From a virus (taxonomy: Duplodnaviria; Caudoviricetes), in the IMG/VR virus record IMGVR_UViG_3300049058_000028, positions 1 to 54,707 of that record: 54,707 nt of DNA; one strand, 5' to 3'. Positions 44,535 through 53,800 of this stretch are shown here, in pieces. How positions within the stretch are numbered: position 1 is the stretch's first letter; every line of letters starts with the position of its first letter. A program made the position numbers and the translations under genes. The notes under the pieces were generated by a model. The model was not told where the DNA came from, ran no database searches, and saw nothing but the letters and a program-made list of their open reading frames with translations.

Positions 44535-44738
44535 TTATTTAACCTCCGACTTGTGGCCTTGAACCACGTCATGCACGTCGAGCGTCATCGCCTTGCCTGT
44601 TGGTGCCGATGGTCCACCAACCAACCAACCACACATCTTGAAGTAGAAAGCCAGTTCGTTTGATACGTCATAGCTCTCACCCTTTTTGTATTGGTCGCGC
44701 TCGTGCTTGAAGTCCTGATTAGGAACTATTGTCGCCAT
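44535..44738 (-). CDS. Small virion adaptor with one repeat-like tail
   Basis: GGAGG RBS; F...YKKGESYDV...A.YF...GW domain followed by LDVHDVVQGH. Confidence 0.65.
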   Translation of the reverse strand: MATIVPNQDFKHERDQYKKGESYDVSNELAFYFKMCGWLVGGPSAPTGKAMTLDVHDVVQGHKSEVK

Positions 44739-44780
44739 TTGTGTTAATTACCTCCAACGAAGGCTTAGTTAAGATGACTG

Positions 44781-44790
44781 AGTGTATCAC
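44781..44790 (-). promoter_or_regulatory. Extended -10 element GTGATACACT
   Basis: Identical to 11971-11980; precedes the fibre module. Confidence 0.45.
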
Positions 44791-44935
44791 GATCCTACGC
44801 CAGACCGCCCAACAATTCTCTAAGTAATCCGTGGTTAAATTGCTCATACGGCCCAATTAGTTGTGGGGTTGAGCAGGTGGGCGCTGGCGCTCAGTCCTGC
44901 CGTGTGGAGCGTGGGCAAATGATGCGGTGGTCGGT

Positions 44936-45649
44936 TTAATAATGTGCGTACTTCGTTCGTAGCGCATTGAACACAGTCGTTAGATCCCCACCTGAAAGAA
45001 CCGAAGACCAGAGTAAATGTTCAGCCAGTTCGCAGTGGCCCGTCTCACTTCCATTAGCAGGGTTTACCCAAATCCTGGTGATGTCGGCAGTGAACGTCTG
45101 TGACGTGGTGCTTGTACCATCGGCGCTCCCGTTCAAGTAAAACCTTACAGTGGTTCCGTCATAGGTGACGCCGATTGTATAGAATGTTCCAATCGATAGA
45201 ATAGTAGACGAACTGCCCATATCCGCTACGGCGCATTTCAGTAAGTTAATCTTAGCACCGTTGAAACGAACTTGGACCGAACCAGAGGGTCCAGCAATGA
45301 GCGATCTTTGCCCCGTAAAGTCAGTGGGATTAAGGACCGCAATGTAAGTAAAGCCCGATGTGACCGCAATTGGTGTTGAGAAAATCGCGTTGTCGTCACC
45401 GTTACACTTTGCTACTGCCAATCCATTGATGACATTATTTTCCTTTGTTGGCCCACCAGCAAAGGTTCCAAGATCGTTCGCGGCCGCAGATGAATCGACC
45501 CATGCCGTGATCGCGTCTCCATCGTTTCCAGTGAGACACGCGCCCACATGATCGAATTGCAGGTTAGTAGTGGGAGCGCCGGACAACAGGCCGCAGCCAC
45601 CACCACCCACAATTGACTGATTCTGTCCAAAGAATGTTGGTGTCGGCAT
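44936..45649 (-). CDS. LamG/concanavalin-like lectin tail protein
   Basis: WVDSS...INGL...VTYDGTTVRFYLNGSAD...ALRTKY. Confidence 0.8.
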   Translation of the reverse strand: MPTPTFFGQNQSIVGGGGCGLLSGAPTTNLQFDHVGACLTGNDGDAITAWVDSSAAANDLGTFAGGPTKENNVINGLAVAKCNGDDNAIFSTPIAVTSGFTYIAVLNPTDFTGQRSLIAGPSGSVQVRFNGAKINLLKCAVADMGSSSTILSIGTFYTIGVTYDGTTVRFYLNGSADGTSTTSQTFTADITRIWVNPANGSETGHCELAEHLLWSSVLSGGDLTTVFNALRTKYAHY

Positions 45650-46548
45650 CAGCTATAATTAACCCCCATCGTCCAGAAGAAGTTAGTGCCATCGAAATAC
45701 CAAGTCAGAATATCAATTTCGTTTGCGCCGGTAGAAAGCGCCACAACGCCCCCGCCATCGCTAATCACCAACGAACTGCCCGGCAACGTCAGCGTGCGCC
45801 CTCCAGTTGCATCCTGTTTGACGATTAACAACCCTGTCGCACCATCAACCTCGCCAGTAATATCCAGGGTACGGTTATCGCCAAGAGTAATCCGTGCGTT
45901 GTTTTGGCGCGCGCCCGCTGTGGCCCATGTAATTGTTGCCCCATCCGTCAGTGTTGCAGTTGCGGGAGATAAAGGAGAGGCACCAGGCTTGATAGTCGCT
46001 ACTTCTGTTCCTGCCCCATCATCGTAAGTCCAATCAAGATCATTGTTATCTGTGAGCATCGCACCCACGACATCCTGCACTTGTTCCGTAGTCAGCCCTG
46101 TTCCCGGCGGCACGCTGAATAGCCCCGCAGCGTCCAGATACTTTCCCGCAACTGCATCTCCCGCGCCTGGGGCTGGCACTAAACCCTTGGTTCCCCCTGC
46201 ACCTGAATCGCCAACAACTGCATTGAGAATCGCCGTTGCCTGTGTAGCAGTCAGGTCTGTTGGATCGCCTGTGCCTGCACCCGCCGCACGGCCCTTAATG
46301 GTAGCTTGGGCCATGTTGGCGAGCAAAGCGTTCGTAACAAAGTCGTTAGCGAGTACCGCATCAAAGTTGATTAGCGCATCCCACCCATCATTTGCTGCGT
46401 TACGGATCTTTAACGTGCCTATCAGGCCGGTGGATGTGTCACGCCACAATCGCTTAACGAAGGAACGACCATCAGTATAAATAGTCGTTGGATCAGCAGC
46501 CTCAACGTAAATGGCTGGCAGTGGAATGCCAGTATCGTCTGCATACAT
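45649..46548 (-). CDS. Gly-rich tail fibre protein
   Basis: TIKGRAAGAGTGDPTDL, KGLVPAPGAGD and QDATGGRTLT modules. Confidence 0.75.
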   Translation of the reverse strand: MYADDTGIPLPAIYVEAADPTTIYTDGRSFVKRLWRDTSTGLIGTLKIRNAANDGWDALINFDAVLANDFVTNALLANMAQATIKGRAAGAGTGDPTDLTATQATAILNAVVGDSGAGGTKGLVPAPGAGDAVAGKYLDAAGLFSVPPGTGLTTEQVQDVVGAMLTDNNDLDWTYDDGAGTEVATIKPGASPLSPATATLTDGATITWATAGARQNNARITLGDNRTLDITGEVDGATGLLIVKQDATGGRTLTLPGSSLVISDGGGVVALSTGANEIDILTWYFDGTNFFWTMGVNYS

Positions 46549-46553
46549 GGTTA

Positions 46554-49500
46554 TTAAGACCTGCTTTCTAAAAGTTGCCCTGTCGTACGGTCGCTCAAAG
46601 TGTTTCCTGTATCGCGATCTATCAATCCCAGTTCAACCGGCGGACTAGGAACGGTAAATGTTACCGAAACGAATGCTGACACACTCGCACCGTTAGTAGC
46701 ATTCAATTTGTATGTATAAGTTCCCGATGCCAGCGTCAATTCAAAGTCATAGACGAGCGCGGTAGCCATCGCGACCGTAACGCCATCAGACTCGTAAAGC
46801 GTATAGCCCGTGACGAGCTCGGGATGCCTTGATGGTGGTGACCAATGAAAATGAACGACTCCAGTTACAGCATTAACCACAGCCGTGAGGTCACGCGGAG
46901 CAGAAAAGGTGTCAGGACTCACCGACCCGCCATCGACAACCATCGAGTATATCAGCGGATCATCCGGGTTAACTTCCTCGCGCCAGTCAGTGAAAGAGAG
47001 GTCCGTCTTATTGATTTTTGTTACTTCTGCCTCTGGCGAGCTTTCCGCTTGTAACGCATACACAAAGCCGTCGTCTTGACCCAAGCGACTCACCGCAGCG
47101 CCTGTCAGGTCTATGTCTGCCACAACAGAGAGGTCGCTCTTATTGAACTTCGTTACGTAGTGAGCGCCAGACCTACCTGCCCACAAGAAGGTGCCATCAG
47201 AAATAAGGCAGCGGCAAAAGATGCCTATCGCGGTTGATGAACTAGTCCATGAAGCAGTGTCAATCTTGATTAGATTGAAGCCAAACGATAAGTAAACTGT
47301 CGTTTCATCCGCACACAATGCCTGAGCGTTGACAGCGGTGTTGCGCCCGCCCAGATCAATTGCCGAACCTACAATAGCGAAGGTCGTCTTGTTAATTTTC
47401 CATACCTTGTCAGTAGTGGCTGGACTAAAGTTACCGGCAACTAGAGCGTAAATGTGGGTATCATCTTGAGCAATCGAGAAACACCCATCCGTAACGTCGG
47501 GAATTTCAAGTACATCGTTGGTAGAGAAGTCACTCTTATGTACTCGATGGATCCGGGTAGTAGTATCGGAAGACCCAACGGCATTAAAGCCTACAAAGAT
47601 GTAGTTATCATCAACAACTATTGCTGATTCGCCGTGGTTAGGACTCGTATCTGTAGTCTCAGCGGCCACTGAGCCCACCTGCATTGATTCAAACGTGCCC
47701 CAATTTGCCTTGCTGAATCGGGTAATGTCAGACGGGTGCCCCGAGACGATGTACACGTAGTCATCGTCACTTGCCATTGCGCCAAAGTTGTCTTCATCGT
47801 TGCTGAACTCAATAGTTTCAAAAGACGAGAAGTCCTTACTCAGGCGTGTAACCCACGGAGGAAAGAAGTTCCCAAGGTAAATGTAACCAGTTACCTCGAC
47901 AGGGGGTTCAGAGGCAACAATATCCAGCGTCGCGTACTGTTGCGCCTCAATGTCAACGCGAAGATCACCTTTGCGGGTGTACTTCATCACGCGAAAGTAA
48001 GTGAAGTCGGCATCGGGATAAGGTTCCAAGCCCCGAGCCGTGAAGTACGCCAACATGCGGCTTTGCAGTTTGGCGTTTGTCACTCGAATTAGCTTGTAGT
48101 TTTGTACGTTGAAAGCTGACGAGTACCAAGTCGTGAACTTCACGCTAAACGGATTGAGTATGCCGCCTGAATCAAGCGGTCCAAGGTAGAGCAGCGAATT
48201 GCCGAATCGCGCCGCTTCTTGTGCCGAATTAATGCCGTAACCAGCCTGGCTCTTGTTGACAACGCGCTTGCTGTGATCGCCCCAGGCTCGACCGGCTCGT
48301 AACTGCTGTGCTTGGTCTCCAAAGATGAACTGCGTATCGACCCCGGCGTTAGATGCGTCGTCAAAGTTGACGGTCCACTGGTTAATCATCTCCTCGTCGC
48401 TGATCACGGACCACGACAAGGATGACTTTGCGCCATCGTAGACAATATTGCGAGTCGGGCCTTCATCAGTGAACACAGGGATATTAGGGGCATCTAAATC
48501 CTCCGCTTTCAGCGGTACCACAACGTCCTTGCCTTCAAACTCGAATGGTATGCCCAGCCTGCCTGCGGTGCAGATGTCCTTGACTTGTTGCTGGATGGCG
48601 CGCGCAGTCACTTCCGCGTTGAAAGTGGACCGTACGCCTGAAAACGTGTTGCCATTCGCGTCGGTGAGCATCACGTATTCATCGCACCATGCGGCAGCGT
48701 CAATGAAGGATTGAATGTCCAATCGCGGATAGTCTTGTCCATATCCCCAGCGCAGATGGGCTAAGACGTGCAGCAGCCACCAAGCACGATTAGTGGAGTA
48801 TGTCTCAGTATAAGTGTCTGCGTCTGAGTAAACCCGCACGTCTTTGGCACCCAACACGCGAATGCTGCCGGAGTAGTCGCTCGCGGTTGCATCGTCAAAG
48901 CGGCCCTGAATGCGTCCGTAGCAGTGCGCCGTGCCTGAGTAGCTGTTGACGTCTGGTGACCAGTCTGTTGGTTCCTGCCCTAACTCGCCAAGCCGCAATT
49001 GAAAGTGCTCCGTGCCAACAATCTGATCGTTGATACGGAACTCGAACATCGCCAGGTTTGGCCCTTCACTGACAGCAAACAGGGCGGCCCCAAAGCCATC
49101 TTCCGGGTGGTTTGTATCCACCTCGTTGCGAAACGCGAGCAGGTAAAGCGCCTTCACGTATCGCTCTCCCGCAATCACGCGGATCGGGTCTGACAGCGCT
49201 GACTCGTTGCCGATTGCTTTAGCAAGCAGGTTTGGCCCCTTGGTCTGATTGTTGGGAATAGGGTCAGCACGTGTCTCGAAGCCCGGCCAAAAGTCCTCTG
49301 TCTGTGTTGTGCTGTCAGGCTCCGTTAAGCGCGCAAAGCAGTCGGCTTTTACTCGGCGCGGACAGTCAGTAAAGCCGGGCACTCCAATCAGTGGTGCACC
49401 ACCGCGCTCCAGTTCTGTCAGATGGGCATTGTAGGGGCAGCCCTTGGCCTGATCTATTGCCTCTTGCGTGTCGTAAAACGCGCCAAAGATGAAAGGGCAG

Positions 49501-50018
49501 GAAGTGGCAAATGGGCGCTTTGGAACGAGCATCTGCGGCGCGCGCCAGCCAGATGTAGCCGTAATCTTTACTTCCGAACGGTTCATCTCCTTTGGCTGGT
49601 GGAGCATTCCGCGCCACATCGAAAGCAGAAGGTCTACAGCAGGCCAGTAGCAAAAGACTTCTGTCCGGATACCTTCACCATAATCCATTAGAAGTCCGCT
49701 AAATTGATCGTCAAGATCTGAAAAGGTCAGGTTGATTGAATCGTCTGAGATGCTTGCAGCGCGAGGTAGGTCAATGAATGGCGTGCCGTCTGGTATCAGT
49801 GTGAGAGTAAGAGGTATCGGATCGCCAAAGTAAGTCTCAATAGCGGGCGCAAGGTCAGGCCACCAGGGAAACTCCGTGTACATGGCTGACGAGTAAATTT
49901 TCGTGCCCGCGGGAGAGGGCCAATAGATGGCAACGATCTCCGCTGGCTTACGGTCCTCACCAGTGAGTGCCTGCAAGGCATCTAATTTGTCTTGAATGTC
50001 AACAGGATATGTCGGCAT
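46554..50018 (-). CDS. Tail tip/hub and central fibre with C-terminal beta-propeller and Fn3 domain
   Basis: YSTNRAWWLL...WGYG...IDAAAWCDE is lambda J-like; repeated DDxxIY blades; APRDLTA...WSPP...GY. Confidence 0.8.
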   Translation of the reverse strand: MPTYPVDIQDKLDALQALTGEDRKPAEIVAIYWPSPAGTKIYSSAMYTEFPWWPDLAPAIETYFGDPIPLTLTLIPDGTPFIDLPRAASISDDSINLTFSDLDDQFSGLLMDYGEGIRTEVFCYWPAVDLLLSMWRGMLHQPKEMNRSEVKITATSGWRAPQMLVPKRPFATSCPFIFGAFYDTQEAIDQAKGCPYNAHLTELERGGAPLIGVPGFTDCPRRVKADCFARLTEPDSTTQTEDFWPGFETRADPIPNNQTKGPNLLAKAIGNESALSDPIRVIAGERYVKALYLLAFRNEVDTNHPEDGFGAALFAVSEGPNLAMFEFRINDQIVGTEHFQLRLGELGQEPTDWSPDVNSYSGTAHCYGRIQGRFDDATASDYSGSIRVLGAKDVRVYSDADTYTETYSTNRAWWLLHVLAHLRWGYGQDYPRLDIQSFIDAAAWCDEYVMLTDANGNTFSGVRSTFNAEVTARAIQQQVKDICTAGRLGIPFEFEGKDVVVPLKAEDLDAPNIPVFTDEGPTRNIVYDGAKSSLSWSVISDEEMINQWTVNFDDASNAGVDTQFIFGDQAQQLRAGRAWGDHSKRVVNKSQAGYGINSAQEAARFGNSLLYLGPLDSGGILNPFSVKFTTWYSSAFNVQNYKLIRVTNAKLQSRMLAYFTARGLEPYPDADFTYFRVMKYTRKGDLRVDIEAQQYATLDIVASEPPVEVTGYIYLGNFFPPWVTRLSKDFSSFETIEFSNDEDNFGAMASDDDYVYIVSGHPSDITRFSKANWGTFESMQVGSVAAETTDTSPNHGESAIVVDDNYIFVGFNAVGSSDTTTRIHRVHKSDFSTNDVLEIPDVTDGCFSIAQDDTHIYALVAGNFSPATTDKVWKINKTTFAIVGSAIDLGGRNTAVNAQALCADETTVYLSFGFNLIKIDTASWTSSSTAIGIFCRCLISDGTFLWAGRSGAHYVTKFNKSDLSVVADIDLTGAAVSRLGQDDGFVYALQAESSPEAEVTKINKTDLSFTDWREEVNPDDPLIYSMVVDGGSVSPDTFSAPRDLTAVVNAVTGVVHFHWSPPSRHPELVTGYTLYESDGVTVAMATALVYDFELTLASGTYTYKLNATNGASVSAFVSVTFTVPSPPVELGLIDRDTGNTLSDRTTGQLLESRS

Positions 50019-50034
50019 CTGCTATAATCGGAAT

Positions 50035-50166
50035 ATGAAAAGAACCCCGAAACCTGCTATCAAGCCGCCCTATTGGGTATGTCTTCACTGTGCCCGCTTT
50101 CACTTTGATGTGATCGTACTTTGCCCCAATTGCGGATCACGAAAGATCGAGCTTGTTGAAAAGTAG
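50035..50166 (+). CDS. Antisense moron: 43-aa Zn ribbon
   Basis: TGcTATAAT-N6-ATG; MKRTPKPAIKPPYWVCLHCARFHFDVIVLCPNCGSRKIELVEK. Confidence 0.7.
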   Translation: MKRTPKPAIKPPYWVCLHCARFHFDVIVLCPNCGSRKIELVEK

Positions 50167-50613
50167 CTAATCTTCGTCAAAACTACCGTCTGCGTTATCT
50201 GGCACAATGCTCGGTTCATAACACTGCTTCACCTTCAACCCCGACGCGCCCATAAGTAAATCAATCAAGCGAATGCTTAGGTTTGTTTCCTCAAACTTGA
50301 ATAGGTACCACTTAGAGTCGTAGGGAAACTTCATCAGGAATGGGCCATTACCCTCTTCCATGCGTGCGTTGTAGAACTCAACGATATAGACAAGCCGATT
50401 AACGAATGTGTCTTCTGCGACTTCGATCATTGCGTCACGATGAAGCGTGGGATACGACAGCGCGGCCGTGCGGAGTTTTGGAAAGATCACATCCGATACG
50501 GATGCGCCGCCGCCAAGGTCAGCAGACAGGAATGCGGCCGAGTGATCGAACCCAACTTCACACTCGAAGTGTCCTCGGTATAAAAGGATTGCGCTTCCTT
50601 CAGGTAGAGGCAT
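50167..50613 (-). CDS. Distal tail (Dit / gpM-like) protein
   Basis: Lies between tape measure and tail tip; EFYNAR...PFL motif. Confidence 0.6.
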   Translation of the reverse strand: MPLPEGSAILLYRGHFECEVGFDHSAAFLSADLGGGASVSDVIFPKLRTAALSYPTLHRDAMIEVAEDTFVNRLVYIVEFYNARMEEGNGPFLMKFPYDSKWYLFKFEETNLSIRLIDLLMGASGLKVKQCYEPSIVPDNADGSFDED

Positions 50614-50644
50614 GGACCGCCCCTTTCTGTGGTAGAATTAAGCC

Positions 50645-50881
50645 ATGTTCACATATAAGGCCATGCGCTATCACGCGCCAGTAGAAGACCAGTTCGATAC
50701 GCTTGAGGAGGCGATTAAGCGCGCGCGCAGCGACTACGAAACGGATCAAGCCTACCCCACGGAGATAACCGATCAGAGCGGCAAGATCGTTATCAGCAGG
50801 TTTGCCATCAGCGAACTTCTGGCGGGTCGCCCGGTATCTGTTGGTATGACGGATAACGGTCAGCAATTTACCATCTCCTAG
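50645..50881 (+). CDS. Antisense moron, hypothetical protein
   Basis: TGgTAGAAT-N6-ATG; FDTLEEAIKRA motif. Confidence 0.7.
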   Translation: MFTYKAMRYHAPVEDQFDTLEEAIKRARSDYETDQAYPTEITDQSGKIVISRFAISELLAGRPVSVGMTDNGQQFTIS

Positions 50882-50883
50882 TC

Positions 50884-53800
50884 TCATGCAAACCCCAAGT
50901 TCCGTTGCAGCGTTTCATTAAAGTCGCCACTCGCATTTGAGTGATCGATAACAGCCACGCCGATAGCTTGGCGTGCATCTGACGCGCCCATTGTTACGAC
51001 GTCGCCAGCCCGCGCGGTCTTCATTCTTGTCAGCACTTCGGCCACCTGTGCGTTGTGCAGTTGCTGCTGGCGCTGTACTTCAAGATTCTGCTGCTGCAAT
51101 TGTTCAACTCGCGCTACCAGTCTTCCGACAAGCCCGCCACCGGAGCCCTCTTGCGCTGCCCTGACAGAAGTCTCTACCGGCCCCTGTCCGCCAAGGTTGA
51201 AGGTGGCGTTGCGGGGCGACGGTTCACCACCTGCTACAGCACTGGATGCTGTCGCAGCGCTGCTTTTGAATAGTCCCGAGGACTTAGCTAGCCCGCGCGC
51301 ACCAAACCCTGTAGCAGCGGCGGCTCCGGCAAACGCAAGCGCTGCGGCAGTATGCTTTGCAGCCCCGGCGAAGTCACCAAAGGCCAGGCTTCCCAACGCA
51401 TAAGCAGCGTGTCTGAGCGCTTGGATCGCAAACTCCGCAGCAAGCTTTGCCAACTGCTCAGCCAACGCTCTTTTTAGCGCCTTGCCCAGTGACTCACCAT
51501 AGAGAATCCATGCGACGATGCCGTCTCGCAGCGAGTCAACCATTGAGTCGAAACTCTCAGCGATTTTAGCGGCAACGGACTGTACGGAATCGGCAATTGT
51601 GTCATTAGCGTGTTGGACTGCTTCCCTAAACTGATCCCATCTGTCCTTTAGTGGTCCAAGCGGGTCAAGCGCGCGCTCCAACGCTTCCTGATTGGCCTGA
51701 CGCTCGGCATTAAACCGCTTGTCCTCAGCCAGTCGTAGGTCGTTGAACTTGCGCTCAATTTCGAGGCGACGGCGCTCAATGTCTCCTGCCTTCTTAGCCG
51801 CGTCAATCGCCGCCTTCTCCGCGTCGTCTATACTGCGTTGGTTTGCTTCGTGGCGTGCGCGAGCATCCTCTTGCTCAATTCTAAGCTGCTCACGCAACAC
51901 ACGACGCCGATCACCCACACGGCGGCGCAGTGCTTCAAGTTGAATAATCGCAACCTCACGAGTCAAAGCAGCCGCTTGTGCCTGTGCTTCAATGATTGCG
52001 CGTGCGTAGGCATTGTATGCTTCTACCGTTTCTTCCAGCGCGAGACGCTTGCGGCGCTCACCTTCTTCGACGGACTCAGCGGATTCAGCGTCAAACTTCT
52101 TGAGTTCATCAACAACTCGCTCACGCTCTTGCAGGTTCTCGCCTGCTTCTTGTTTCTGCTTCTCCAGTTCGGCCCGGCGGCGTGCTCGCGCGGCCTTGTC
52201 AATCTCCGCTTGGCGAGTGGCAATATCAAAAGCTGTCACTGCCCCCTGGCGTTGCAAGTCTTCAAGTCGCGCTATTTCAGCAGCATCTCCTGCCTCTTGA
52301 ATGTCGAGTAGCGCCTGACGATGAGCCTTGGCGGCGTCTAGTTCCTCCTTGCGCCTGACTGCTTCAAGTTGGGCTACCTTGGTAGAGAATGCCTGTTGCG
52401 CCTCAAACTCTTTTTGTCCAATTTCAGCCAGTGTGAGGTCACGTGCTGATTGGTTGCGAATCTTCCGTGCTTCCTCACGCTCCCTTTTGTAGACGGCCAG
52501 TTGCGCGATTAGCACGTTACCGGCTGCCTCAATCTGCGTGTTGGTCCAATCCTCCAGCGACTTCTTACGTTCGTCAAAGGCTATCTGCTCACGTGCCAGT
52601 TGGGCGTCAGTGAGCGTACGGACTTTCTCGGCTTCCAGCTCTAGTAGCCGTATGCGGCGTCGTGTGGCTGCGTCAGCCCCTTTGTCTGCTTTTTCATCTT
52701 CTGCTGGCAGTGGTCGCTTTTTGCGTGCAACGCCGCCGGTAAAGCCAACATCTGCGCCAACATTCTGAGCCTCAACCTTGATTGGGATTGGAGGCGCTTC
52801 ACTTGCCGCCTTCCGCATGGATTCCAGCAGCCCAGCCACCAGCGCGGTTCCAATTGGCCCAACGGCCACGCCCGCAACCGCAAGTAACAACATCTTAGCC
52901 AGCGCATTTGAAATCTGTGGCGCACCAGCAATGAAGGCAACAACCATAGACGTAATAAATCGCGCCGCTAATGCACTTGCGGTTTGTGCAAAGGTTACGG
53001 CTTGTCGGATGAGGAATGCGTTCAGGGTGAGAAGACCTCGACGGAGCGTAGGCAGCGCCTTCTCAAAAAACTCGGTGATACTGTCAAGTGCGTTAATGAC
53101 GATTCGCGAGAATGCGCGCCATGCACCGCGCCAGTCGCCGTCGATAATCTTTAGCGCCAGGTCAGCCAAGTTTCCCAGGAAGCGTAAGGTGGTTTCAATA
53201 ATTCGCGCCACTATGGTGAAACTGGTGCTGGCAATGCTCACAACCGTTGGTCCAAATCGCTCCCACAGCGCCGTTACCACGCCTAGCACCTTTTCAGTGA
53301 CTGATTGCAGCGTTGGCAGGATTCGCTGTGTTGCCTCGTCAATGACGGCACGGATTCGACTGAATGCGTCAAGCACTGCCGTGGATGCGTTAGAGACAAG
53401 ATCACGGATGCCAAGGAAGTTTTTCTTCCAAGCAAGGCCCAATGCCCCGAGAATGACGATCCATTCGCCAATGACTACCAGCAGTCCGGCGATCACGAGC
53501 GTGATTTCAGGAAGGCCGATAGCGGCAACAACCGCACCTACCGTAGCGATAACTGAAGTAACAGCAGTAATTCCATTTACCAGGCTGCCCAATACAAACA
53601 GCACTGGACCAACAGCGGCAGCGATCCCTGCAATCACGATAATCGCAGTTTTTACGGGCTCAGACAGCGAGTCAAATGTTTTACCGAGGCGCTCGATCAA
53701 CCTAGCAACAGGTTCGACAAAAGGCTGTATGGCATTCAGGATTGCCAAACCAATCGGCCTCAGTGCCACAGTCACGCGGTCAACAATCTTGTCAAAGCGC

